Positions 1 through 12,712 of a DNA stretch of 64,000 nt are shown here, piece by piece (the stretch's first letter is position 1; the number at the start of each line of letters is the position of its first letter). Position numbers and translations under genes: made by a program. The stretch spans positions 34,596,001 through 34,660,000 of the forward strand of contig OZ287748.1 in assembly GCA_965649765.1 (NCBI GenBank). The letters are read 5' to 3'. Source of the stretch: Bispira polyomma. Its lineage: Eukaryota. Below the pieces are notes generated by a model. The model was given only the letters and a program-made list of their open reading frames with translations, searched no databases and was not told the origin of the DNA.

Positions 1-1848
1 TTCAGACATGCACATTAAACAATTGCTGACCATAACTGACCAAAACGATCTTGAAAAAATGTTAGTTGTACTACTTTTAATAAAAAATAGAATTTTCTAT
101 TTTAAGTTTGTTCTTTAAGATATAGATGAATTTTAAAAACCGAGAGTTCTTTGCCATCTCTTTTTGATTGGTAAATATAATATTTGGCAATTAAAATTAT
201 ATAATTAACACTGAAATATTACTTATTTTCAATACTGTAAATCTATATTAAGAGACACGGATACCAGTAACCATCACTCTACTTGTTTCCAGAAATTTAT
301 AACTTTGCTACAATAAAAAATATAGTGTTCAATATTATCAATAGACACACCACTATGGCACAATGGTGAACCAAGTTATACTAATAAATGTAGTACTTCT
401 GACGTGTGAACCTTGAAGGAGGAAATAATCTCAGAGGGGGTGTTTGCGGCAAAAACACACTGATATATTGTTTTGCAGTAAAATCGTTCCATGTGCCAGT
501 AATTCAAGGTCACAATCATTGAAAAAGAAAAGAAACAAAAAAACAACAAGGTTATATTTATTAGTTAAGCCATGATAAGACGAATAAATAGCCCAGAGAT
601 TTCCCTCGCACAAATAAACATAATGAACATTTTATTTAACAAGTATTTACCGTGAAGAAAGGTTTACCCTTTTCAAAGAAAAATTAGTTGGAAAAAAAAA
701 AAACACAAAAAAAAAAAAAACCCGACATTTTAATAGCCATTAAAACTAATAAATAATAGTCTGTGTAACATCTGAGGAACGAACAAAATTAAAAAAAATA
801 ATCTGGAAACTATTTCACTGCATAATAGGTTTGTTTTTCCTGTAAATGGCTTTACAAATTGCTGACTACATGATGCCACACCACACTACAGGGGGCAACA
901 CGGCACCACACGACAGTACTATGTACATCAAACACGACACTGCGCTACATCATCCATGTAAAATCAATACATCACCAAAATTGACACAATGACAAAAAAA
1001 AAAAAAAAACTTTTTTTTCCAGAGATTTGCCCAAGGTAAATTGTTGTGCCTTGTAGGGAGCAATCAAAAAATGGATATCTAATTTTTTTTTGTCCTGTTG
1101 TGTAGTCAGCAGTGTATAAAGGCCTTTACATAATGACTGTAATGGTTGTTTATCATACAGAAAACTGACATGTCAAAAGAAAATAAAGTGCTCAGTAGGC
1201 AAGTTAAATCCCTACCTCAGAACCTGGAGCAGAAAAAGTCACAAGCTAAGAAGTCTTAATTGGCAAAATGAGATATTTTCTGATGCAGTTGTCTTAAAAG
1301 GTTGGCTTAACACTATGATACCTGAGCTGGTATTTTTGAATATCTATTCAACTGGCCTCAGACTCTAAGGTACATATGAATGTATTTATGATCTGACAAA
1401 TCATTTGAATGGAATGTCAGACGCTCCAATAAAAAAAGCATTCACAAATCGGGGTTTGTCACGTATCAAAAAGGGACTTTCACTAATGTTCCTATTCAGT
1501 ATGAATATATACTTAAGGAAGTAACAAAACGTGAACATTTAAAAAATTACGTTCATAGAGTCTTCGTACTAGAATAATATTCATGAACAAAAAAAAAAAA
1601 AAAAATAAGCAGTTGTTTGAAAAAAAACCCATTTATCATCTATAAAGACCACTTTTACTTTGGGCCATATTGACATAGTGTAGTATGTAGTGCATACTGA
1701 CAACTTATTTACTTTGAGAATTGTAACATAACAAAACTGGGGCTATCAAAATGTACTTCCGAGTATAATAATGTACTTTATCAATAATGAAAAATAAGAA
1801 CACTTACATGACAAATTTACACAAAATTTAAAAATATATTGAGACTTC

Positions 1849-3030
1849 TTAATTCATATTCCATCTCATATGTACCCTCCATGGGAACCGTTTGAGCAGC
1901 TTTAAAGATGCAACACGGAATGATTTGGAACAGGCACAGTATAAAAAATAATTCAAAGCAAAATTGGAATAGTATATAATTTGAAAAACGTGTTGCCAGA
2001 GCAATGCCTCTCTTGAAAACATGAAGCTCGAATCTGAAAGCTCCATGGCAACCGCCCCTATCCTAAAGGCATGGCTTGGCAGATTGAGCAACACAAAGAC
2101 TGTAGACACAACTATCAAAGATCTAGTGGTTCTCAACTGGAGTCTTTGCCTTGTGTTTGAATGATATCCATTTCTAATGGTCTGATTGTTCAGCACATGT
2201 GGACGATCAAAGGTGAAGGTAGCCGACTCCATAGGAGAACCTAATGGCCTTGATCCAGCCTTAGAGGACATGGTGAAATTCACTCTTAGAGTGCCATTTG
2301 ACAACCGCCGCTGGTACATGAAGCGCCATATTTTAGATGTAATGCAAACATTCAGGATTACGATAGCCACTGAGGGAAGCAGTAGGGTCATTATTGTATC
2401 CAGAACAGCCATGATTTGAAAGAATGTGTAAAATTGTTCCTTTGGTAGACACAGCGACAAACCACTATTACCTAACTCCATAACGCCCGAACCCCAAAGG
2501 GTATACGAATAGATTACTATAGAAAATACAGCTAAACTTAGTACGATAAATCCAGCTCTCTTTCGCGTACACCATGCCGTTTTCTTAAGAGGGTAATAAA
2601 CCACGATCCACCTTTCAATGGTGAAGCCAACCACTGCGTACACAGAGAGAAATCCACTGACATAGCTCAGGAAAAGGGTTATTTGGCACCATCCATTTCC
2701 ATGAATAAAGTGTAGGTTTAGATAGCCCAGCCAAGTGAGAATGAGACAAAGAAGAAAGATGGTATCCATGACATTCAAAAACATTAAGTAAACAGTGGAT
2801 GAATGCCACTTGAGATGGGTGGCACAAAACACCACAAGGCTCAGTGTGTTTCCAATGCATCCTACGAAGATGATGATGGGTATCCCAAAGACATTCAGAG
2901 CTTCCACTGCATTGCCAAAGACACGTAGATGTTCGCTCGGTTGCTGAAAAATCAGCTTGGCATTACTTCGGATACTCAAATTGTAGGCGAAACTAGCGTT
3001 AGAGTCTTTGTCTTCTAGTAGGAACTCCAT
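1849..3030 (-). CDS. Intronless rhodopsin-like (class A) GPCR, peptide-receptor-like (FMRFamide/TRH/GPR139-142-like group)
   Basis: 393-aa ORF with seven hydrophobic segments, GN in TM1 (GCIGNTLS), ERW at the DRY position after TM3, LNLP in TM6, NYFLY at the NPxxY position followed by helix-8 SKSFR. Ligand cannot be assigned from sequence. Confidence 0.93.
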   Translation of the reverse strand: MEFLLEDKDSNASFAYNLSIRSNAKLIFQQPSEHLRVFGNAVEALNVFGIPIIIFVGCIGNTLSLVVFCATHLKWHSSTVYLMFLNVMDTIFLLCLILTWLGYLNLHFIHGNGWCQITLFLSYVSGFLSVYAVVGFTIERWIVVYYPLKKTAWCTRKRAGFIVLSLAVFSIVIYSYTLWGSGVMELGNSGLSLCLPKEQFYTFFQIMAVLDTIMTLLLPSVAIVILNVCITSKIWRFMYQRRLSNGTLRVNFTMSSKAGSRPLGSPMESATFTFDRPHVLNNQTIRNGYHSNTRQRLQLRTTRSLIVVSTVFVLLNLPSHAFRIGAVAMELSDSSFMFSREALLWQHVFQIIYYSNFALNYFLYCACSKSFRVASLKLLKRFPWRVHMRWNMN

Positions 3031-4426
3031 TTATTTGCTTATGGAAAGCAGAAGATAAAAGGTATTATTCTATAAATCATTCTTTCTCCCTAAAACTTGT
3101 ACATCTGGGCCTATAATGTAGCTTGTTATTGTTATGTCTTTTTGAATAGTGTATAGTTGATTAAGCCATCCCTATAACAACTGGTTCAACACAAACAACA
3201 TTATCATCTTGCTGCTGCCAAAAGAACGACAATAACATAAACATCCTCGAATCTGGTAGTCTTCTGTTGTGTACACACTGAAATGATTCTTTATTTCACA
3301 CTCGTTATTAATTACATCTTCACTCAGCTTTTTTGTTCTCTACAGAAATTCCAGTTTTCCACGTTGTTGCATCAATATACTTTCTTTGATGTTCTCTCCC
3401 GTTAAAATCAACAAATTAGCTTTACTTCCCTCCCCAGTTTCACCCACGCACTGTGTCCTTTTACTTCCTACGAGTCTCCTCCCACAAGAGCAAGAGAATA
3501 CTGCATCTTTATGGATTGCCCACTCTCTGTGTCTAGCCAGCTATAGACATTCTATTCTTGCTGTGTTACTTTCGTCACCACCACCACCCTGTAATGGGCA
3601 ATAATGACAAAGGTCCTTCAGCACAAAAAAATGAGTGGCTTGATATATAAATGCACACTGATGCTTTGCAATGCAATGTAACATACACTATGTGCATTAT
3701 ACAATGGAGGAGCTGTTTCAATTTCATTGAAATCCAGGCACTTCTTAAAATAAGATGCTTCATATCATACCGTATTTTCTGAGAATTTTAGATCAGTAAA
3801 TGGCAAAAATGTTAGCTGGTACTACACAAAATATGCAATGGGAGATCACTAAGTCTCTCCTTTAGACAATGACTTATCTTAATTATTTTTGATAATGTAC
3901 GTCAATGTGTAAATTTCTTTACCTATGGTTAATCATCCAGATTTTCTGCTGATAATTTAATTTAATACCTATTGCCATGATTTTTCTTACTGTAATACCC
4001 CTTACATATCAGCATTGCTTTCATTAATAATAGCCCCACTTTTGGAAAAAATACAAAGCCCCCGGGAGTTTATTACTGATTTATATTTGCATTTCTTTTG
4101 TGATGGGGAATGATGAGTAACATGCACCAAATGGAAGCAAGCTGTACATTACACAGCAATGTATTTAAATATATTTCTTAGAGAATTCGATGTCACAGCA
4201 AAATCAACTGACCAAGTTTTATCTATCATAGATTGATATTGTAGGAATGTGTAGCTGTAATTTGAATAGCACCATATTCACCTGTCAACCCTCCGACAAT
4301 ACTGTCAGTGAAGTTCAACAAATTGAAACAGCTTGGATCAATTCCCGGTTTTGAATCAATTGACAATTGTATATGTTTGTGTCTGAGTACATGTACTCTT
4401 ACACATCAATATCGTGAAACTATAAT

Positions 4427-4887
4427 GGCCATATTTTTGAAATATCTCGTGCTCAACTCGAACGGGGACGCGATGGCCTAGTGGTTAGAAAGCATTACGC
4501 TTCACAATCACTGGTCTCTCACCTCTGGGCGGCATGAGTTTGACTCCCATCAATGCCTATGTGGGAAAGGTGGTAGTTCTTACTGTGAGCCGCTGGTTTC
4601 AGTGCAGAACCTTGACCAACTGTATGCAGTGTTTCCTCTAGCGATTATAACCAACCGTCCCAATATAACCTAAACAGGTACTAGAGTAGACGTTAAATAT
4701 CCCAATTCAAATTCAAATGCTCAACTCAGACTCAATAAAATCCGAGTGCAAATTAGAATTCAGCACTCAAAGCTCTATTACAATGATGGTCACAAGTACA
4801 AGTTATCTCTATATACAACGACTGCCACATTGTCTATATTTGAGTTGATTCTAAGTTTAAGCTTGAGTTTCTTTCCAGAATATGGCC
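4427..4887. mobile_element. Small MITE-like element interrupted by a SINE
   Basis: Imperfect terminal inverted repeats GGCCATATTTTTGAAA (4427) / TTTCCAGAATATGGCC (ends 4887); no clear TSD. Confidence 0.45.
4464..4717 (+). mobile_element. tRNA-derived SINE
   Basis: A box TGGCCTAGTGG, B-box-like GAGTTTGACTCC, (TTCAAA)n tail, imperfect TSD TGCTCAACTCGAAC/TGCTCAACTCAGAC; second copy at 43540-43795. Confidence 0.88.
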
Positions 4888-5539
4888 TCAGATTTTCCTA
4901 ATGTTATTACAGGCACTGGTTCATGACATTCGTGTCCAGGCATTAACTGGGTCATCAATTATTTTTTACATTGTTCCTCATGTACAAACAGCACTTTCTT
5001 TGGTTACATCCTTCTCCAGAGCCATAGACATATTGCAGTAAATCTATGTAATCAATTACTATTACATTCAATACGCGTTATCACTTTTCTTAAGCTCGAA
5101 AGTGCTAAAAAAGAAATTTATAAATATCGGTGAGATCCGAAATACATGCGGGCACTACTCAAGAAGCCAGTTTGATTTATGTATACAAAATCTCTTGAGA
5201 GCCACTTAATTATATCGACCACAAGTGGAATTCAAAAATGTATCTGTAGCACTGGTTAATTGATATAACATAAGCAGATGTTCTAAATTTGATGTAAATC
5301 TTGTAAATGTTTTAATCACTACCAATTTACTTTTTGGCTCAGCAAATTTACATTTGAGGTTGAAACATCGTTTAAAGTACATCAGGGAAACCAGAGGTCA
5401 AGAAATTTAAGGCACAACATAATCAGGTTTAAACTGTGAGTTCATATACACTACACATTAACAGCAACAATATAACAGACCTCCTCAGGTTAGCTGTATG
5501 TGAAATTCAGATCCCAAAGTTCAATGTCAATGGAAGAAT

Positions 5540-6320
5540 TTCAACTTTAAAATGTTGAAATTCTGTTTAAACCAAAATTGCGCACTTTCACCCTGATAAA
5601 GCAAAACATGAATACTGAAACTTATATCAATCATATTCTAGGCCTAAACACTCTTTAAAAAAAACTTTAAAATGTCAAGATTTTGTATAAACCAAAATTG
5701 TGCACATTCACCCTTATAGCCCAGTCACACCTACACGTGCTGGAGCTACACGTGTATGACATTTTCAATTGTTTAGAAACCTAGTACAGACGTAGTAGAA
5801 GGTAATGCAAAAGTGCGTTCATTCCCGGACATTGCTTAATGGATGATATCATTCCGAAAACGTCTCCATTTTGTCTGCTACCACGATTTTTTCAAACTGT
5901 TTGAAATAATCGTGACAGAGCTCTCCGTTTCCCAAGGACGTTTCCACTTGTCTGTGTAAGTAGCAGTAAGTAGTGATTCGTCTCCACTCGTCTGTATTCG
6001 TCGTGGAACATTTGCAGTAAGCATCATAACGCACCAGAACGCAGCCGTAAGTAGCAGTACAGTAGCGCTATGTAGCAGTAGGTAGTGATACCAGTAAAGT
6101 CTTTGTTCTTACTCCCGCCCTGTGTGTAAAAGCACTAACATCACCACAAAATGTTACAATGGACTCAACCTTTGCGAAAATGACGTCACCTTTACACTTT
6201 TATATTGCTTTGCTACATTAGGGGACGTCATCACGTGTAGGTGTGACTGGGCTTTTATAAAGCAAAACATAGATACTGAACCTTATATAAAATCATATTC
6301 TAGGCGTAAACACTCTTTAT
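5540..6320 (+). repeat. About 120-bp tandem duplication whose second unit is split by a MITE
   Basis: AACCAAAATTG..CACCCT|ATAAAGCAAAACAT..CATATTCTAGGC..AAACACTCTTTA is contiguous at about 5570-5660 and split at 5717/6254. Confidence 0.75.
5718..6253. mobile_element. Non-autonomous TIR DNA transposon (MITE, possibly Harbinger-type)
   Basis: Perfect 22-bp TIR AGCCCAGTCACACCTACACGTG / CACGTGTAGGTGTGACTGGGCT; second copy in opposite orientation at 27278. Confidence 0.85.
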
Positions 6321-7432
6321 TTTGTCAGTTAAGAATTGGTATGACAGAATCTGTAAACTTTGTATGTCTGATATAGAACATGAATTCACTTCCTTTGTAA
6401 ATACTGTGCTGGAAAATATTCGTTCAATATATTTTAATAACGTTAATTTAGGTTCATCATCATCAGTTGTAGATTTATTTATCAGTGTGTTAAATCATTC
6501 AAAATGAAATATTGTTATGAATTGGCTCAAGCTTTATGGTCCGAGGTCTAAATTGTATACCTGATAATATTTTTGTTTGCTTATTACCATATTTTATTAT
6601 ACAGGACATATAAGCCCACATAGGGCTGGACACTTATGTGGGTAATCTGTTGTCTTATAATTTGCTATATTAGGATTGCACATGTCATTGTAATAAATGA
6701 ATAAAACAAATTAATATTTTACTCTTTTTATTTCAAGTGGAATCAACATTCTATTCGGAATATCGACCCATCTGTATTTCTATTGACATCTTTTTTGTTA
6801 GAGTTTATCAGCATTTTAAAATACTAAACTGAGTGGTACAGTTCAGGGACATTTCAGGTGAGTTACCTTTGACGACATTTTGGCTCCCTCCCCTTATTAT
6901 CCTCCTTCAGCCATTGTTGTGGCCAGGGGTTTTTTAGCACTCAAAGCCATTGTTCTGTGCTGCGGGTTCTTGCTACTAATGAAAAGAGCTTTACCTTAAC
7001 GTGACATATTCTGATAAACACCTTGTTTACACTGTGTTGTCTGACACTGCCAGACACTCACATCCATCTTTTCTGGGGTGTGTGTTGATTTCGCCCCCTT
7101 GGATTTCCCCCACTTAAGTCTGCTCACCATAGGCCTTGTTGATTGATTTTGTACCCTTTGATTGTAAATTGGACACATATAAAGTATGTATATAAATAAT
7201 AACACAAGGTGTGTGTGTAAAGTTACAAAACTTATTTTGTGTATCATTTATTATGTAATGCAGTACGGTATGTCTGTGTAAACCTTTGTCCAAACTGATA
7301 GCAATTATAAAGACCAGAAGTGTGCATCAAACGCAGAAGCCACCAGTCTTTTTCATAGCTGTAGTCTATTATCTCAGATAGACTATGGCTATCATTTGCT
7401 TTAAAATACACTATTACTGGTCTTCATAATAC

Positions 7433-7568
7433 AAATAAAGTCCTCAAGCTTGTACTTTGTTGGTGATTAGACGTAAGGACTGGGTCTAACGTTCCTCGAC
7501 CATTATTATGGCATAACACGGTCCTTAAGTCTAATCGCCAACAAAGTATGTGCCCTTAGAATCTATTT
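7433..7568. repeat. Short palindromic MITE-like element
   Basis: Arms TACTTTGTTGGTGATTAGACGTAAGGAC / GTCCTTAAGTCTAATCGCCAACAAAGTA, with imperfect extension outward. Confidence 0.6.
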
Positions 7569-7799
7569 TCTACATTAGCTCTATAAGGCAAACAACATAG
7601 GATTATAAAAGAGCAGTTATAAAAAAAACTCTGTGGTGTTTAACAGATACACCATTAGAACACCGATAGCATTTTTCGAGCAGAAATATAATGAGAATTT
7701 TTTCCCTAGACCAATTATAAAATAGCTTTATTTGACAGGATAGATCACACAAAACTCCTCAAAAGTTTTTAAACTGAAATATAACTGCTCTCTTCGATG

Positions 7800-8070
7800 T
7801 AGTGCTGACAAGGATGACTCCAATGAAAGAGAAGGAGACAACCTTCTTTCAGTCACTAATCTCTTTTGGCTTGAAGCTTGCCCTGACCCTGAAGTATCTG
7901 GCCACTGGAAACTACTATGCAAACATACAGTATAACTTCCGTGTGGCCAAGAACACGGACTGCTTGTTCATCCCTCTAGCGTGAGGCCATCTATTCAGCT
8001 TACAAGCAAGAAATCCTGAAGTGTCCAGACAACCCCCAAGATTGGAAGCAGAAGCAGGAAGTCTTCGTCA
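7800..8070 (+). pseudogene. PIF/Harbinger transposase fragment
   Basis: GLKLALTLKYLATGNYYANIQYNFRVAKNT and, after a frameshift, EAIYSAYKQEILKCPDNPQDWK, typical of the HARBI1-like helix-turn-helix region. Confidence 0.8.
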
Positions 8071-9267
8071 AGCGAAGAAAATCAATGGGGGCGAAATCAG
8101 AGGTAACCCTGTCCAAACTGCAACCTGTTGAAATAAATGAATTGGTGTACATTAATCACCCTTACAGCTGACCTTTATAGTCTATTAATAGTGTCTTCAC
8201 TTCAGAGTACTATTAGCATTTTTCTTGATTCTGCAAGTTTGGTATTTTTCCATTTGGGAAATATGATCAAGCTTTTAATCATTACCACATCATAAGTTGT
8301 TTCTAGTGAAAACAAACACGTTGAGGTTACTTTTGTATGTTTACAAATTTTAGATACAATAGTTATCAGTACCGACAGAAATAAGAGACAGAAAATTATT
8401 CAAGGGCATGTTGTACGAAATGACCAAAGCTACATCCCAAGCTTGGATTAGAGAACCTGCCATATTGACTAAAAAGCTGATCAATCAATCAGCAGCTAAT
8501 AATGTCATATCAAAACATTTGTGAGGTGGTTTTAGTTTGATGTAGTGGCCACTGTAATAAATATATATGAACTATAACATCAGCCCTTTTCTACCTGTGT
8601 TTACCTGTTTTATCTCTCCTAACATATTTCTACATCTTTCCCTTTATGCTGCTATACACAGTTCTCCTTTTTGATCAAGTTAAGCTCCATTTAACCCTGG
8701 TGAGTTTCTGGCCACCTTATTTTATGGATAATTAGTGTCAACCTCCCATCTATTTACTATTGTCTACCTGCTATCCTGAGATCTAGTGTCACCCTTACCC
8801 CTTTACTGTGCAGAACCCCTCTCATTCATTGACAAGGATTGGTTGTTTGGAGGGTCAATCTATGTTATGGTAATTGCATCCACCGAAAAACTTCGGTGGA
8901 TACTATGGATTAGTTTTCATTACGCCGCCGCATCAGTCTGTGTAGAGATTTTACTGTTACCGCTCTCCTAGAAAAACTTTTAGGCTCCTGAAATTTACAG
9001 AAGCTTGCCTTGGAGTAATTTTGGCCTTATTTTAAAAGACAAGATGGTTGCCATGGGCGTTTCTTCAAAAATAATTAGACGTTTAACTGTGTTTGTTTCT
9101 CAGCTGTAGAAGGTTAAAGCTCTTTACGGGTGATATGTTTATGCATACATTTGACCTTCAATCTCCTTATTTAAGGTCATCCACAGAGTGCCAAATTACC
9201 ACAAGTGACTATATCTCACTTATTATTGGTCATAGATGTTTGGGTTTTAAAACCAACCTATAGGAAA

Positions 9268-11718
9268 TCATAAGCCGTGTCTGGAGCCAAACGGCAGGCA
9301 CGTGTCGATGTAGTATTTGTCCAACTTAAGCCCAAGTAAATCATACTCTGCTGGATCTAACTTCACATGACGGAAAGCGTGACTTATGTCCAGCTTATAT
9401 ATGAGTGCTTTTCTGCCCAATTTAATTATTTCATTCGTTATGTCGTCAATTGTAGGAAGTGTTAGGAGAAATTCTGTGCCTGAGTACAGATTTGGATGTA
9501 TTGCAGCGTTTACCGACTGTCCTTTTGGAAAGCTAAGGTCAATGATAACCCTTCTATGAGGGGCGCCCGGTTTTTCCCTAGTCATGAAAGGCGAAATATG
9601 TAACCCTTCTATTGGGTGGGGGTTGGTTAAAAGGGCCTATGATTGCACCATGATCACTTTCTTCTTGTAGGTATGCTTTAATATCGCCGGTGTATTCACA
9701 CACTGAATGGTGATTTTGCTCGTTATGTTTTAATTCACATTTCCTGTTAAAATCTAATGGAAATCCGTACCGGACAAGATAAAGGAGCTGGGTATCCCAG
9801 TATCCGTTTAGAAAATCTGTCCATCGGTTATAATTCAATTGAGAGTGAACTACCATTTGCTTGTCCATGAAATTGAACTCGTTGCTAGCTTTTACTTCAG
9901 TGTGCAACTGAATGGCCGAGAGATTGTGTGTAGTCGGCTTATCAGAAGTGGGGCTTTTAAGATCACTGAGGGGAATGAAACCAAATTTACCTTCAATCTG
10001 GCTATTCCATTTTTTAAAAATATCCTGATCTTTAGCCGTTGCCACTATTTCTCTGTGCTTATTTTTTACCTGGAGTTGGGGGTTGTACTTGTCCTCTTGT
10101 ACTTCACAAGTATTTTTGTTTACCTTGCTAACTGCCTTGACCTGGTCATGATGTGGACTATAACATTTAACACTTGGAGGGGTTTCTGATTCATGAAGCG
10201 ACACAAGTGGGTGAAATCGATTTTGAACCATAACTCAATTATTTTGGTTAATAGGTGGCTGACACCTGAATGGCTTGTTTACACCTACTTCCCTTCTAGT
10301 GTGACTTTTGCCATTGAGCTGATTGCCGTTATTTTGATTCATATGCTTGACTTCACTAACCCTTACTATGGCTTTAGTGTGAAAATTGGTTCTGCTGTTT
10401 TTGACTTCAAACGTCTTGCTACTATTAACACGACTATTAGCCTGTTGTAGGCTGCCCTTACCTTGGCTTACTACTTAAGTTTTATTTTGTAAATTTAGCC
10501 CAGTCAGCTCTCCAATTTCCACTTTTGCCATTGCCATGCGAGTTTTACTTTGACCGCCCAGTATAAAATTTTGGGGCCATGGTACATGCTGTTTGACCCA
10601 GACTGTTTCTGTGCCCCCCCTTTGAGACTTAACATTACCTGTCTCATTGATTCGTTGTAGATCCTTCAGCCTGCAGTCAACTGCTTTCTGCAACTGGTCT
10701 GCATTTTATAACGTCTGAATGGAGGGGACTACCAGGTCGTCTGCGTCAGTCAGCCATTGGTTCTGCTGCCTGCCAAATGCCTGTGCTTGCTGAGGGTGCT
10801 GCAGAGCCTGCTGCCTGCCAAATGCCTGTGCTTCCTGACTCGGCTGTACCACCTGCTGCCTGCCAAACGCCTGTGGGTACCCGGCTGCCTGCTGATGTGG
10901 CAGTTGTGTGTTATTAACTGCCTGAATGTTATTCACTGGTACCTCCTGTCTGGGGGAATCAACGCACTGTCCTCCAGTTTCCACCCGTTTCTCGACCTTA
11001 GTCATTCTGGTACCTAATTCTTTAACTTCATGCAATATTCTTAAGTTAATTTCGACAGCTGACATAGTACTGTCACTGTCTTTCTCCTCGGTTTCACTGT
11101 CTATATCCTGCCACGGGCACCGTTCATTTATGGGCTTAGTATGCTTTGTGTTGCATGCCGTACAGTTAAATTGTTTACGAGGTGCCATCTCTGTTTGTTA
11201 GTTCATAAATTATAATGTCACTGAAATAAAATATACACACCGTGCTTTGATATGTGCGACTGCAAGACTTGAATGTAGAAATCAATGTAAAATGACTAGA
11301 ATAAAGGTGATAATAGAAGTATGTAAGTACTTCCCTTCACAATTTGCTCTCACAATCAGTCAAAGCAGTAAGCGCATATATCAAAGCATAAGATCATCCA
11401 CAACACTCCAGTAGGATCCACAAGTCGGTGCTGATTCCTCTTGAGTTTTCAAAAGTTTCATATATAACACAGTAACATAATATAAGATGAAAATTTAAAA
11501 CAAGTGTAAAAATATTTTTTTTTTTCTAAAATGGCTGTTGCCTTGTTAACTTTAGTTTTGTAAGTGAACCCCTTTGGCTATTTGGCGAGAAAGCTGTGTA
11601 AATTAGGTTAATTACTACCAATCAAAAGTGGGGTCATGCCGACCAGAAAAGTTCTTAAGAAAGTCCCTACCTAGCACTGACCTTACTAACCCCTCCCGGG
11701 CTACCATACACTCTTTCA
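9268..11718 (-). mobile_element. Ngaro-like YR retrotransposon copy 1 (3'-truncated, internally deleted)
   Basis: 5' terminus TGAAAG at 11718; gag 11188-10475 (CxxCxxxHxxPxxxxC, KSQRGG, WPQN); RT N-terminal part 10231-9268 (YGFPL, RRVIIDLS, LDISHAFRH, DTCLPFG). 5' region homologous to 50379-50580. Confidence 0.9.
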
Positions 11719-11770
11719 AGGTTAAATGTGAATGGCCAAACTTAAAAGTCCCTATATCTCACTTATTATT

Positions 11771-12712
11771 CAGACTATACCAGACCACTGGGTGAACTTT
11801 TGCGCTCTTTGGACTTCAACTTTCATCTTTATGCAGATGACTCCCAACTGATTACATCAATACCTGGTAGTACCCTGACTGATCAGCTAACAGTTGTAAA
11901 TGCAGTCCAAAATGGAGTAAAATAAGTTGAAGAATAGATGAAACGAAACAAACTAAAATTAAATGAAGATAAGACTGAATTCATAGTATTTGGCACCAGA
12001 CAACAACTATCTGGAAAATTCGCCAGTTTCTAACTAAACAGGCTACCAAAACCTTGGTCCATGCCACAATCAATTCAAAGTTGGATTACTGTAACTCAGT
12101 GCTATACGGCATAAATCAGTACCTAATAGCTAAACTTCAAAGAGTTCAAAATGCAGCAGCTAGATTGATCATGGATTGTCGCAATACAACACATGCTTTG
12201 CCAATTCTGAAAGAGCTGCACTGGTTGCCAATCAGGGAGAAGATTACTTTCAGTGTGGTAGTCAATGTGTTTAAAGCTTTTCATTGTCAAGTACCACAAT
12301 ATATCAGCAACCTGGTTTCTTACAACAAAAAATCTAGAACCACTCGATCCAGTGGAAAGGGCTTCTTAAAAATACCAAAATGGAACAATAAAACATGTGG
12401 TAGCAAAAGTTTCTCAGTAGCGGGACCCCATGAAGGGAACAAACTCCCACTTTACATCAGACAAAAAAAGTCACTAGAAGATTTTAAAAAGAACTCAAGA
12501 CTCACCTATTCAGAAAATCCTATTACAAATGTTATGTTTTTTATTGCACTACGTTAGACTCATGTAACTGAAATGTTTTATAACTGATATGTTTTCTATT
12601 TCATATTTAACCTATAATTACTACTGTTAAATAGTTTAAATTGTAAGCACATAGAGCATGGTGCTTCATGGTTTGTGCTATAGAAATATTCCTACATACA
12701 TACATACATACA
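11771..12712 (+). mobile_element. L2/CR1-type LINE 3' fragment
   Basis: YADDSQL, KLKLNEDKTEFIVFG, SKLDYCNS, LQRVQNAAARLI, LKELHWLPI, SFSVAGP; (CATA)n tail at about 12693-12712. Confidence 0.9.

Noticed and set aside
4464-4550. tRNA gene
   Set aside because: A and B boxes continue into a SINE body with tail and TSD; no convincing cloverleaf.
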